From NCBI GenBank assembly GCA_031409275.1, contig JANNXA010000013.1:1-36547 (forward strand): a DNA stretch of 36,547 nt, written 5' to 3'. The first letter of the stretch is position 1. Each line of letters starts with the position of its first letter. The DNA comes from Planctomycetota bacterium. GTDB lineage: Bacteria; Planctomycetota; B15-G4; SIAN01. Positions 8,398 to 18,124 of this stretch are shown here, one piece after another. A program made the translations under genes and the position numbers. The notes under the pieces were generated by a model. It saw only the letters and a list, made by a program, of their open reading frames with translations, was not told the DNA's origin and ran no database searches.

Positions 8398-10182
8398 TCA
8401 GTGGTCGCCGGTGTAGCCGAGGGCCTCGAGTTCGCGTCGAAGTGTGGCATCGGGAGCGAAGTGGCCGGTCGCCGCTTCAACGACGCCTTCGGCGGCCCAC
8501 GCGGCGAGTTCGCCGCGAAGTGCCGCCGCGAGGATCGGGTGATCGCCGCTGACGTCTCGCTGCTCGAGCGGATCGGTCGCGAGGTCGTAGAGCGCGGCAA
8601 CGCGTCGACCCGCCGGTGCGACGAGCTTGAACGAACCCCACACCACGGCTCGTTGCGCCGCCGCCCCTTTCAGATAGCGCGCGGAGAGGCGAAGCGCGCG
8701 CGGCATCGCCGGCGGAGCCGCCGGCTCCATCAGGCCTGCGAAGGAGCGTCCAGGCGCGGCGGCAAGCGCATCGCCATCCAGCGGGCTCAGCAGTCCGAAG
8801 AGCTCCCGCATCGTCGGCGCGACATCGGGCATCCCGATCGGCGTCGCGAACGAATGGCCCGACGTGAGCGGCGAGCCCGGCGCAACCATCACGAGCGGCA
8901 CATGGACCATCTCGTCGTGGACCTGCGTGTTGTGGCCGACCGCCTCATGCTGACCGAACGCCTCGCCATGGTCGGAGAGGAAGAGCAGCGCCGATTGCTC
9001 CCGCCCGCGTGCGAAGAAGAGACCCGCCACCTCGCCGAGCAGCGCATCGCCGTAGGCGACGTGGTTGTCGTAGAGCGCGCGCATGGTCTGCACCTGTGGA
9101 TCGTCGGCGCGCGGAGCACGCTGGGCGAGACGTCCGAGGAACGCAACGGAACCATCGGCGTCGCCCTGCGGCGCACCGAAGCGGCCGGCGAACTCGGCCG
9201 GCGGCTGGTAGGGCGCATGCGGCGGCAGCAGATGCACGTAGAGGAACAGCGGCTGGTTGGACGGCTGCGCCAGGAACTCGGCAAGCGCCGGCATCAGCAT
9301 CTCGCGGGACTCGCCCGGATACTCGTTCCAAGCGCCAAACCCGCTTGCAAGGCCGGTTTCGCGCGTGACCAGCTTGTTCTGCAGGAACGCGACCGTGCGA
9401 TAGCCGGCGGTGCGGAAGCTCTCCGCCAGCGTCGGCAGTTCCGGATCGAGCGCCTGGCCGACGTCGCGAATCCCGTGGCGCTCCTGCTCCATCCCGGTGA
9501 ACAAGGTCGCGATCGACGGGATCGTCCACGCCGTCTGCGACCGCATCTGCGCGGCGCGAACCCCTTCGCTCGCCAGCGCGTCGAGGTTGGGGCTCGTCGC
9601 AGCGGTGGCGCCGTAGCAAGAGAGGTGAGTCGCGTGGAGCGCGTCGCACACGACGATCGCCAAGGAGCGTCCCTTGAGCGCGCCCGCCAGCGTCGTCGCC
9701 GCCGGCAGCTCGACGCCGTCATCCTTCACGCGCACCGACTCGAGGCTGACCCCCGCCGGCGCGTCGGCGCGCAGCACCACCGCGCGCGCGCCGGTGCCGG
9801 GCACCGTGAGGTTCGCCGGGGTTCGCGGATTGCCGCTGAGCGTGACGTCGACCGTCGTCGTCGTTCCATCCGCGGTCTCGATCGCCACCGGCAGCGTCCC
9901 GCTGCCGCGCGCAAGCCAGCCGACTTGCGCCTCGCCGCGCACCAGCAGCGCGAGCTCGGCACGGCGCGGATCGGCGAACTCGAAGGTGCGACGCCGCGGC
10001 TCGCGCTCGGACGGCTGGCCGCTCGATTCGCCGATTCGCGTGGTGGCGGCGGGCGGCGGCACCGTCGCGGGCGCCGTCGGGGGTGGCGCCACGCGTTCGC
10101 TGCAGCTGGCGGCGAGCAGTACGAGACCTAAGCTCGCGCCGCGTCGCGCACTCCCCCGGCTGACGGTTCGATCGAATCGCAT
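8398..10182 (-). CDS. Sulfatase-like (alkaline phosphatase superfamily) lipoprotein, 594 aa
   Basis: Signal [27 protein letters not shown] has a lipobox. Motifs: IVVCDALHATHLSCYG, SPNLDALA, WTIPSIATLFTG, FLYVH..PHAPY, FLSDHGEAF, HVPLVM, LYDLATDPLE, ELEALGY. Confidence 0.82.
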   Translation of the reverse strand: MRFDRTVSRGSARRGASLGLVLLAASCSERVAPPPTAPATVPPPAATTRIGESSGQPSEREPRRRTFEFADPRRAELALLVRGEAQVGWLARGSGTLPVAIETADGTTTTVDVTLSGNPRTPANLTVPGTGARAVVLRADAPAGVSLESVRVKDDGVELPAATTLAGALKGRSLAIVVCDALHATHLSCYGATAATSPNLDALASEGVRAAQMRSQTAWTIPSIATLFTGMEQERHGIRDVGQALDPELPTLAESFRTAGYRTVAFLQNKLVTRETGLASGFGAWNEYPGESREMLMPALAEFLAQPSNQPLFLYVHLLPPHAPYQPPAEFAGRFGAPQGDADGSVAFLGRLAQRAPRADDPQVQTMRALYDNHVAYGDALLGEVAGLFFARGREQSALLFLSDHGEAFGQHEAVGHNTQVHDEMVHVPLVMVAPGSPLTSGHSFATPIGMPDVAPTMRELFGLLSPLDGDALAAAPGRSFAGLMEPAAPPAMPRALRLSARYLKGAAAQRAVVWGSFKLVAPAGRRVAALYDLATDPLEQRDVSGDHPILAAALRGELAAWAAEGVVEAATGHFAPDATLRRELEALGYTGDH

Positions 10183-13100
10183 GGCTTCACCGCTGCTTGG
10201 CTGGCTCGCTCTGCTGCTGCCGTCCGCGTCGGACGCGGTCGATTTCGAGCGTGACGTGGCGCCGATCTTCGCGGAGCGCTGCCTCAAATGCCATGCAGGC
10301 GAGCGCGCCAAGAACGGTTTCCGCCTCGACGCACGGCGCGCGGCCTTGCGCGGCGGCAACAGCGGCGAGGTGGCGATCGCGCCGGGCGACGCGGCCGGCA
10401 GTCGTCTGCTGCGGCTCATTCGCGGCGACGTCGAGGGTGAGGTGATGCCACCGCGTGGCGCTCGCCTCGATGCCGCGCAGATCGCGACGTTGGAGCAGTG
10501 GATCGAGCAGGGGGCGAGCTGGCCCGACGCCTTTTCCGGCGACGAGCTCGTGAAAGAGCACTGGTCCTTCGTCGCGCCGACGCGGCCGCGGTTGCGCGAA
10601 GTGCAACGCGCCTGGTGGCCGCGTGGCGCATTCGACAGCTTCACGCTGGCGGCGATGGAGGCGCGAGGCCTGATGCCGGCGCCCGCGGCCGATCGCGCGA
10701 CGCTGATTCGCCGCGTCACGTTCGACCTGATCGGACTGCCGCCGACGCCGGCCGAGGTGGCCGCGTTCGTCGCCGATCCCGCGCCCGACGCCTATCCGCA
10801 GCTGGTGCGCCGGCTGCTCGCGAGTCCCCACTACGGCGAGCGCTGGGCGCGTGTCTGGCTCGACCTCGCCCGCTTCGCCGATTCAGCCGGCTACGGCTCC
10901 GACCCGCTGCGTCCGTTCTTGTGGCCGTGGCGCGACTGGGTCATCGACGCCTTCAACCGGAACCTGCCGTACGACCAGTTCACGCTGCTGCAACTCGCGG
11001 GCGACCTGCTGCCCGCTGCCAACGAGCGCCAGCGGATCGAGCAGCAGCTCGCGACCGCGTTCCATCGCAACACGATGACCAACACGGAGGGTGGCACCGA
11101 CGACGAGGAGTTCCGCGTCGCGGCGGTGAAGGATCGCACCGACGTCACGATGGCGGTCTGGATGGGGCTCACCTTCGGCTGCGCGAAGTGCCACAACCAC
11201 AAGTTCGACCCGATCTCGCAGCGCGACTACTACTCGCTCTTCGCCTTCTTCAATCAGACCGAGGATTCGGACCTCGCCGAGGAGGAGCCGCGGATCGCGA
11301 CGCCGACGATGCTGCAGTTGGCGCAGCTCGCGGCAATGCGCCACGAGCAGGAGACGCTTCGCGCGGACGCGGCGCAGGTGCGCGCAGCGTGGCCGGCGCC
11401 GGCGTTCGCGGCGCTGCCCACGAAGGTCGCCCGTTCACTCGGCGGCGCCACGCTCTCGATCGGAGCGGACGGTGGCGTGCGTGCCAGCGGTGCCGTGCCC
11501 GAGACGGACACCTACGTGGTCGAAGGGGTCGCCGACGGACTCGCCACGCTGCGCCTCGAGTTGCGAAACGACGCCACGCTGCCCGGCAGCGGTCCCGGCC
11601 GCTCCCCGAACAACGGCAACTTCGTGCTGAACGAAGTGCGCCTCCACGTGACGTCGACTTCGCCGATCGCGCCGCGCGCCCGCATCGTGCGCTTCGACCT
11701 TCCTGGAAGTGCGCGCATCTTGTCGCTGGCCGAGGTGGCGGCATGGTCCGGCGGCGAAAACGTGGCCCGAACCGGCCATGCGACGCAGTCGAGCACCGAC
11801 TTCGGCGGTCCGCCGCAGCTCGCGATCGACGGCAACTCCGACGGTCGCTTCGAGTCGGGCACGACGACCCACACGCGCATCGAGGACGATCCGTGGTGGG
11901 AGGTCGATCTCGGCGCCGACCACGCGCTCGACCGGCTCGTGGTCTCGAATCGCATCGATGGCGATCTCGAGCAGCGCCTCGCGGGCGTCGTCGTGACCTG
12001 TTTCGTGGTCGCGGCCGATGGCTTGCGCACCGTCACCTGGCAGGGTCGGCTGCGGGAGGCGCCCGCTCCTTCGACCACGCTCGATCTGCTGGGCGAGCGT
12101 GAAGTGGTGCTGAGCTCCGCGGTTGCCGATTTCGAGCAGCCCGATTACCGCGCCGCCGCCGCCATCGACGGCAATGCGGCCGGCACTTCCGGCTTCGCGA
12201 TCGGCGGCCAGCAGGGGCGCGCCCACACGCTCGACCTGACGTTGCAGGCACCGCTCGTGGGTGCGCTCGCGTGGCGGCTCGAGATCGAGCAGAGCTATGG
12301 CGGCTCCCATACGCTCGGCGCCTTCCGGGTCGCGGCGACGGCGACGCCACCACCGCGCGAGCTGCAGCGGCTGGCCGTTGAAGAGCGCGAGCTGGCCGCG
12401 GCGAAGTCGGCGCTCGAAGCGGAGATCGTCCGCGCTCCGATCCTGCGCGAGCTGCCGCCGGAGAAGCGGCGCGCGACCCACGTGCTCGAGAAGTCGAACT
12501 ACCTCGTGCCGGGCGTCGCGGTCGAGGCCAACACGCCGCGCGCCTTCCCGCCGCTGCCAGCGGACGCGCCGCGCGATCGCCTCGGGTTGGCGCGATGGCT
12601 GGTGGCGCGCGACAACCCGCTGACCGCGCGCGTCGCCGTCAACCGCTTCTTCGCGCAGCTCTTCGGGCGCGGGCTTGTCGAGACGGAGGAGGACTTCGGC
12701 TCGCAGGGGGCACGGCCCACGCATCCCGAGCTGCTCGATTGGCTCGCGGTCGACTTCATGGAGCGCGGCTTCGATGTGAAGGAGCTGCTCTTCACGCTGG
12801 TCACGTCGGCGACCTACCAGCAGTCGACGCACGCCAGCGCCGCCGCGCGCGCCCTCGATCCTCGCAACGACTGGCTGTCGTGGTTCCCGCGACGACGCCT
12901 CGAAGCGGAGATGGTGCGCGATCAGGCGTTGGCGCTGGCCGGCCTCCTGTCGCCGCGCATCGGCGGACCGTCCGCGTTTCCGCCGCAGCCCGACGGCTTG
13001 TGGCAGGCCGCGTTCAACGGCGAGCGGACCTATCCGACCAGCGTCGGTGAAGAGCGCTGGCGCCGCGGCCTCTACACCTTCTGGCGGCGCACGGTGCCGC

Positions 13101-13516
13101 CTCCCGCGCTGCAGACCTTCGATGCTCCGAGTCGCGAGTCGTGCACGTTGCGGCGAGCGGCGACCAACACGCCGCTGCAGGCGTTCGTGACGTTGAACGA
13201 TCCGGTCTTCGTCGAGGCGGCGCAGGCCTTGGCGCGTCGCATCGTGAGCGAAGGCGGCTCGACCTTCGACGAGCGGCTCGATTGGGCGTGGCAGCTGGCG
13301 CTGGCGCGGGCGCCGGCCGCGGCCGAGCGCGCGACGCTGCAGCCGTTGTTCGAGCAGGAGCACGCGCGACTCGCGCTCGACGGCGGCGCGGCGCGCGCCT
13401 TGTGCGTGGAGCCGCTCGGGCCGCTGCCGGCCGGGCTCGATGCCGTCGAAGTGGGCGCGTGGGTGGTGGTGGCGAACGTGCTGCTCAATCTCGATGCGGT
13501 GCTGGTGCGCGGATGA
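10181..13516 (+). CDS. Planctomycete cytochrome c / DUF1549 (PSCyt2) / DUF1553 (PSD1) protein with an internal F-type lectin/discoidin domain, 1111 aa
   Basis: N-terminal [19 protein letters not shown] (CxxCH). DUF1549 motifs [34 protein letters not shown] and [16 protein letters not shown]1553 motifs [34 protein letters not shown] and [12 protein letters not shown]. Confidence 0.9.
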   Translation: MASPLLGWLALLLPSASDAVDFERDVAPIFAERCLKCHAGERAKNGFRLDARRAALRGGNSGEVAIAPGDAAGSRLLRLIRGDVEGEVMPPRGARLDAAQIATLEQWIEQGASWPDAFSGDELVKEHWSFVAPTRPRLREVQRAWWPRGAFDSFTLAAMEARGLMPAPAADRATLIRRVTFDLIGLPPTPAEVAAFVADPAPDAYPQLVRRLLASPHYGERWARVWLDLARFADSAGYGSDPLRPFLWPWRDWVIDAFNRNLPYDQFTLLQLAGDLLPAANERQRIEQQLATAFHRNTMTNTEGGTDDEEFRVAAVKDRTDVTMAVWMGLTFGCAKCHNHKFDPISQRDYYSLFAFFNQTEDSDLAEEEPRIATPTMLQLAQLAAMRHEQETLRADAAQVRAAWPAPAFAALPTKVARSLGGATLSIGADGGVRASGAVPETDTYVVEGVADGLATLRLELRNDATLPGSGPGRSPNNGNFVLNEVRLHVTSTSPIAPRARIVRFDLPGSARILSLAEVAAWSGGENVARTGHATQSSTDFGGPPQLAIDGNSDGRFESGTTTHTRIEDDPWWEVDLGADHALDRLVVSNRIDGDLEQRLAGVVVTCFVVAADGLRTVTWQGRLREAPAPSTTLDLLGEREVVLSSAVADFEQPDYRAAAAIDGNAAGTSGFAIGGQQGRAHTLDLTLQAPLVGALAWRLEIEQSYGGSHTLGAFRVAATATPPPRELQRLAVEERELAAAKSALEAEIVRAPILRELPPEKRRATHVLEKSNYLVPGVAVEANTPRAFPPLPADAPRDRLGLARWLVARDNPLTARVAVNRFFAQLFGRGLVETEEDFGSQGARPTHPELLDWLAVDFMERGFDVKELLFTLVTSATYQQSTHASAAARALDPRNDWLSWFPRRRLEAEMVRDQALALAGLLSPRIGGPSAFPPQPDGLWQAAFNGERTYPTSVGEERWRRGLYTFWRRTVPPPALQTFDAPSRESCTLRRAATNTPLQAFVTLNDPVFVEAAQALARRIVSEGGSTFDERLDWAWQLALARAPAAAERATLQPLFEQEHARLALDGGAARALCVEPLGPLPAGLDAVEVGAWVVVANVLLNLDAVLVRG

Positions 13517-13534
13517 ACACGTCGCGCTCGCTCG

Positions 13535-15172
13535 TCAGAACTTGAACCACTCCATGTTGCTGTCGACGAGTCCGCGGCCGGTTGCGCGCTGACACCAGCC
13601 GTGGAGCTCGAGAGAGTGGCCGAGGTAGCTCGGATCGGTGACGTCGAGGAACGCGAGCTCGCCGTTGGCATCGAGCGGGGCGAGGACCAGCGGCGCGAAG
13701 AGCGGCGCTCCATCGACGCTGGTCACCGCGATCAAACCGAGGACTCCTGGCGTGCCACCGCGCAGTTCGATCGTGATCGGGTCGCCGTTGTCGTAGTTCG
13801 ACTGGTCGGCCTGCAGGAAGAGGTCGTCGCCGGCGAAGACGTAGACGCGCCCGTCGTTGGCGCCAGGCGGGCCGGCACCGGGGGCGCCGATCATCACCTC
13901 GGGAATGCCGTCGTTGGTGAGATCGGGAAGCGTACTGATCGAGTTGCCAAAAGGTACGCCGATCGCGAGGTCATCGCGGCTGCGGTATTCGAAGAGCAAA
14001 CGCCCGGTTCGACCGCAGCGCAAGAACGCGGAGCCTCCGGAACAATCGTCGTTCACAAAATGCGGACTGCCGTACAGGTAGTCGGAATAGCCATCTCCGT
14101 TCCAGTCGATCCGCGCCCGCGCTGCGCCGCCATTCAGCTGCTCGTTCTTCTGGACACCGTCGTGACGTGCGATCTCTTGTCCCGATGCGCCCGAGTGGAC
14201 GGTGATCCGTCCCCTACGACTGTTCACGCCGAGTGCTCCGACCAGGAAGTCCTCGATCCCGTCGGCGTCGACATCCCCTGCGCCACGGATCCGCGAGAAG
14301 CCGTCATTTGGTGCGCCACCGGTCAGCGAATAGAGCAGTGTGCCGACAGCGCCGGATACGACATCGACTTCGCCGGCGCCATTGCCGGCGGTGCCGGCCC
14401 CGCCCGATCCGAAGCCGACGTCATGGACTCCGTCGCCGTCGACGTCACCGAGTTCCGAGCACCACACCAACTCCTGGTTGTTTACGACGCCGTCGTGCGT
14501 CCAGAGCAGGGCACCGGTTCTGCCCGACCAGCAGTAGCCGCGGCCGCATTGCACCAAGCCGAGCGCACTGTTGTCCCAGAAGTTGGCGGTCGCCACGATC
14601 TCCGCGTGGCCATCGCCGTCGATGTCTGTGAGAAGCGCGACATCATACCCAAGGATGTCGAACGAGTTCTCACCTCCGAAAGTCCACAGTTCCGCTCCAG
14701 TGGCGCCGGAGTAGACATGGACTGTGCCCCCGTCGAACTTCGTGAAGTCGCCGAAAGGCTCCCCCACGACGTAGTCGGGCACGCTGTCCCCGTCGACGTC
14801 GTGCCCACCATCAAGAGCAACTCCGAGTTGACCGTCCTTCGACGTGCCGAGGTGCTTCCGGATCAAAGTGTGCGTGGCGCCCGAGAAGACGAAGGCTGCT
14901 CCCTCAAGTCGCGTCATCGTCGTGTTGTAGCGGTGGGCACCCACCAGCATGTCAGCGACACCGTCGCCGTCGACATCGCCGAGTCCGACGCAGGTGACGC
15001 CAAACTGATCGTCCGGCTTGCGCGAGGTCACGTTGTCGCCGCCCAGCTCGAAGAGGAGTTCTTGCGCGTTCGATGACGAGGTGGCGGTTGCGGTTCCGAG
15101 CAGCCACAGGAAGAGCCGGCAGGATCGTGCCATGCGCAGGATCGTCATGACGCTTGCGTTCGAGGGGATCAT
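13535..15172 (-). CDS. Secreted seven-bladed FG-GAP/integrin-alpha-like beta-propeller protein with a C-terminal domain, about 545 aa
   Basis: Seven DxDGDG-type Ca-binding repeats (GDVDGDGVADMLVGA, HDVDGDSVPDYVVG, TDIDGDGHAEI, GDVDGDGVHD, GDVDADGIEDFLVGA, IDWNGDGYSDYLYG, PDLTNDGIPEVMIGAP). ATG 15172 overlaps the upstream stop (ATGA); alternative starts are 15148 and 15133. Confidence 0.82.
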   Translation of the reverse strand: MIPSNASVMTILRMARSCRLFLWLLGTATATSSSNAQELLFELGGDNVTSRKPDDQFGVTCVGLGDVDGDGVADMLVGAHRYNTTMTRLEGAAFVFSGATHTLIRKHLGTSKDGQLGVALDGGHDVDGDSVPDYVVGEPFGDFTKFDGGTVHVYSGATGAELWTFGGENSFDILGYDVALLTDIDGDGHAEIVATANFWDNSALGLVQCGRGYCWSGRTGALLWTHDGVVNNQELVWCSELGDVDGDGVHDVGFGSGGAGTAGNGAGEVDVVSGAVGTLLYSLTGGAPNDGFSRIRGAGDVDADGIEDFLVGALGVNSRRGRITVHSGASGQEIARHDGVQKNEQLNGGAARARIDWNGDGYSDYLYGSPHFVNDDCSGGSAFLRCGRTGRLLFEYRSRDDLAIGVPFGNSISTLPDLTNDGIPEVMIGAPGAGPPGANDGRVYVFAGDDLFLQADQSNYDNGDPITIELRGGTPGVLGLIAVTSVDGAPLFAPLVLAPLDANGELAFLDVTDPSYLGHSLELHGWCQRATGRGLVDSNMEWFKF

Positions 15173-17706
15173 GGTGAGGTCATCGGAAGGCCGAACGACG
15201 AGATCACGCCCTCGGAGCTGCCGTTCGCGGTGACATCGAACGGTGAGGCCAGTGGATAGTCCGTTCCGCCAACCGTCCATCCGCCGACATAGGCGGTCGA
15301 TCCATCGATGGCCACGGCGTAGCACTCGTCACTGCCGTTGGAGGAGCCCAGGAACGTCGAATAGCGTAGTTGTGAAGTGATCGGGTGGCCGGCCGGAGGT
15401 GGCGAGTTGGCGCTCCACTTGAGGTAGGTCACGAACGCGTCGCGATTGCCGTTGTAGGTTGAATCGAAGGGGAATGCCCCTGACGCGGAGCCCGTCGGAA
15501 ACGGGGCGCCGCTGATGCCGTCACTATTCGTCCATCCCGTTACGACGACACCTTGGCTGCTGATACGGGCGATCGAGGTTGCCCAATCAGTTGAACCTCC
15601 GCCAAGGTAGGTTCCATATCGAAGGTCTTCAACCGTGTTGAGAGTGTTGTATCGAGGGATCAGCTTGATGACGAAGCCCGAGTCGTACCCGTCCGTCGGA
15701 GTCAGATGGCTGTACCCTGGCGCCTCGACATTGGTGCTCGAATACTTCGTGACCGGGAAGTCCCCGGAGTTGGTCCGCCCGCAGGCGTAGACGGCTCCAG
15801 AAGTATCGACATCGATGTCGAAGATCCGGTCGTCGGCAAACGAGAATGACGCGAGTGCCACATCGCCGCCGATGAAGGTTCCGTACTCGAGCTGCGCTGT
15901 CGAGTTGATGTCGGGGTTGAACTTCATGATGAAGCCGTCGTAGCCGAGGAGGGTGCTCGACCCGTTCACGTTGTCGAATGCAGTAGTAGGCGAGAAGTCC
16001 ATGTCCCGACTGTCGGTCCAGCCGGCGACATAAACACGGCCGCCGCGGAACTTGATCGACGTCGCTTCGCCGCTGGTGCCGAGGCCGAACGCGCTGCCGG
16101 TGGAACGGCTGAGGTGCGTCGCATAAAGCAGGGACGCCGGAATCGGCGGGGATGCGGTCGGGGCGCCGCGATCGATGCGCGCGAAGTAGCCCTCGAATAC
16201 CTGGCCGTTGTTGTCGCAGATGTCATCCCAGACTGAAGTCGCAGGAGGCGCGAGGGAAGGCAACGGAATGCTCGGCAGGTAGTAGGCGTTGGTATTGCAG
16301 CGGCCGCAGAAGGTGAGGTTCCTTCCATCGCCGAGGTCGACGGCGTTGGCCCAGCTGTCGGCCGTTGGGCTGCCGTAGAACGTCGAGTAAGTAAGCGAGA
16401 GCGTCGGGCCGGAGGAGACGGTCACGTACGAGACGAAACCCGACTGACCGCCGGTGAATCCGGTTCGCGGATGCGTCGCCTGGATTGCCCCGGTCGTGAC
16501 CGGGAAGTTGTTGGAGGCGACCGCGGTCACCCGGGTCTCGCCGACGACGGCGAAATTGCCGTTCGCCTGCACGACGACGTCACGCGCCTCGTCGAAGTCG
16601 CCACCGCCGAGGTAGGTCGCCCAGACGAGCTGCGCGGCGCCCGACTGCGAAGGGTCGAGACGGGCGATGAAGGCGTCGGTACCCGAGGTGGCCGGAGGAA
16701 TCACGAAGAGCTGCGTGTCGAGGTTGGGCGGTGCAGAGGTCGGGAAGACGGGGAACGAGGTGTTGTTGCTGCCGGTCGACCCGGCCACGGTGACAAAACC
16801 AGAGTCGAAGTCGAGTCCGCGGATGGTCTCTTCGCCGTCCCCGCCGAAGTAGGTCGACCAGATCAGGCCGGGGTCGATCACCAGCCGCGCCGGGAGTCGC
16901 GGCGAGTCGAGGCGAAAACCGAATCGGTCTTCGTCGCGCTTCTCGAAGTGGACCGTCGCCAGCGTCCGAGTGCCGTCAGGGAGCTCGTACCACGAAGTCG
17001 GAGCAGCGTGTCGGATCTTCCCGACCTCGGTGTCCGCCTCGAGGGCTCCCGAAGCGTCGATCGTCAGGCTACGGCAACCGTGCGCTACGACCTCGACGCT
17101 TGAAACATCGGCGCCCTCTTCGAGATGCAGGTCGTACGCCAGCTCGCCGTCACGGGAGAGCACGACGAGGTCGACTCCCGGGGCGATGTCTTCGTAGACG
17201 AGATCAAGGAAGTGGCGCGCTCCGGTACGCCAGCCTTCCGGGTTCGAACCCGTGAAGTAGTTGGAGTTTGACGGCAGGCGCGTGCCGCCGATCGGCTCGA
17301 TCTCATTTCCATTTGCGACGAAGTCGAACGCGGCAACGTGCCAGCGGAAGGAGTTCGCGTCGACTCGTTCTTTCGTCGCGAATGACATCCCGCGGGTGGT
17401 GATGGCCACGGTTCGCCCTTGGCGTTGCGAGACGAAACGAGCGGTGTTCGGAAACTGGCCGATGTTCTCGATGAAGTAGGGAGGCAATCGATCCACTCTC
17501 GGCGCGGCATCGAGCGCTGCAGAAGTAGTCAGCTCGGGGTTGGCTGCCGATTCATCCGTGGCGGTAGGCGAAGGCGCCGAAGCAGGCTGAGCTACTTCCT
17601 TCCTTCCTTCCTTCCTTCCTTCCTCGCTCGCGAAGTGCGCCGCCACCAAGATTCCGCCGGCAGTACCCAGCACGATCGTGGATCGCAGGCTGATCCTCAT
17701 GTTCAT
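15169..17706 (-). CDS. Exported SBBP-repeat beta-propeller surface protein, 845 aa
   Basis: RBS GAGGGGGG and a hydrophobic N-terminus. The N-domain has FIENIGQ, SNYFTG..PEGWRT and LVIDP, followed by repeated (W/Y)STY(L/F)GG...G.T.S.DFP...DAF units typical of SBBP-repeat proteins. Confidence 0.82.
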   Translation of the reverse strand: MNMRISLRSTIVLGTAGGILVAAHFASEEGRKEGRKEVAQPASAPSPTATDESAANPELTTSAALDAAPRVDRLPPYFIENIGQFPNTARFVSQRQGRTVAITTRGMSFATKERVDANSFRWHVAAFDFVANGNEIEPIGGTRLPSNSNYFTGSNPEGWRTGARHFLDLVYEDIAPGVDLVVLSRDGELAYDLHLEEGADVSSVEVVAHGCRSLTIDASGALEADTEVGKIRHAAPTSWYELPDGTRTLATVHFEKRDEDRFGFRLDSPRLPARLVIDPGLIWSTYFGGDGEETIRGLDFDSGFVTVAGSTGSNNTSFPVFPTSAPPNLDTQLFVIPPATSGTDAFIARLDPSQSGAAQLVWATYLGGGDFDEARDVVVQANGNFAVVGETRVTAVASNNFPVTTGAIQATHPRTGFTGGQSGFVSYVTVSSGPTLSLTYSTFYGSPTADSWANAVDLGDGRNLTFCGRCNTNAYYLPSIPLPSLAPPATSVWDDICDNNGQVFEGYFARIDRGAPTASPPIPASLLYATHLSRSTGSAFGLGTSGEATSIKFRGGRVYVAGWTDSRDMDFSPTTAFDNVNGSSTLLGYDGFIMKFNPDINSTAQLEYGTFIGGDVALASFSFADDRIFDIDVDTSGAVYACGRTNSGDFPVTKYSSTNVEAPGYSHLTPTDGYDSGFVIKLIPRYNTLNTVEDLRYGTYLGGGSTDWATSIARISSQGVVVTGWTNSDGISGAPFPTGSASGAFPFDSTYNGNRDAFVTYLKWSANSPPPAGHPITSQLRYSTFLGSSNGSDECYAVAIDGSTAYVGGWTVGGTDYPLASPFDVTANGSSEGVISSFGLPMTSP
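17595..17624 (-). repeat. Tetranucleotide simple sequence repeat, (GAAG)7 on the coding strand
   Basis: The plus strand reads cttc x7 plus ct from 17595. It encodes EEGRKEGRKE at about codons 28-37 of the 17706 gene. Confidence 0.95.
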
Positions 17707-17724
17707 CCCCCCTCTTCAAAGAGA

Positions 17725-17753
17725 CGGCTGGTTGAGTTTCAGCGCACCAGCCG
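17725..17753. promoter_or_regulatory. Hairpin in the 5' leader of the SBBP gene
   Basis: Perfect 8-bp arms cggctggt (17725-17732) and accagccg (17746-17753), about 19 nt upstream of ATG 17706. Confidence 0.35.
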
Positions 17754-18016
17754 AGGAACCACTTGTGAACACTCGCTGTGCATGGGGCACACGTCACTCT
17801 CGGCAGCATTCGCCGTGCCCTGTCGCGAACGCGCCTCAAGTTGTCGATCTGGACCGAGGGAGATAGCACGTGTTCGCGGGAGTGCTCGGAAGCGTCGCGA
17901 AAGTTGGATCGACGCCATCAAAGGCCCGTCGGGGGCATCCGTTCCGTGCGTTTCCGATCGGGGGACGGCGACGGTCGTTCTGCTGCCGCGCGCAGACCGT
18001 TCCGGAGGCCACGGCC

Positions 18017-18124
18017 ATGAAGTACAAGTGGTCCTCCCGCTTCCTTGGTGCTCGGGCGGTTCTAGAGCTGCGCCGTGTCACCTCTTGGTGTCCAACGAGA
18101 TCGCCTCCGTTGAGTCCCTCATGA
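18017..18124 (+). CDS. Possible 35-aa leader ORF coupled to the DUF1501 gene
   Basis: GGAGG at 18004-18008 and ATG at 18017 (MKYKWSSRFLG...PLSPS). Its TGA overlaps the DUF1501 ATG (ATGA, 18121-18124). No family recognised. Confidence 0.25.
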   Translation: MKYKWSSRFLGARAVLELRRVTSWCPTRSPPLSPS

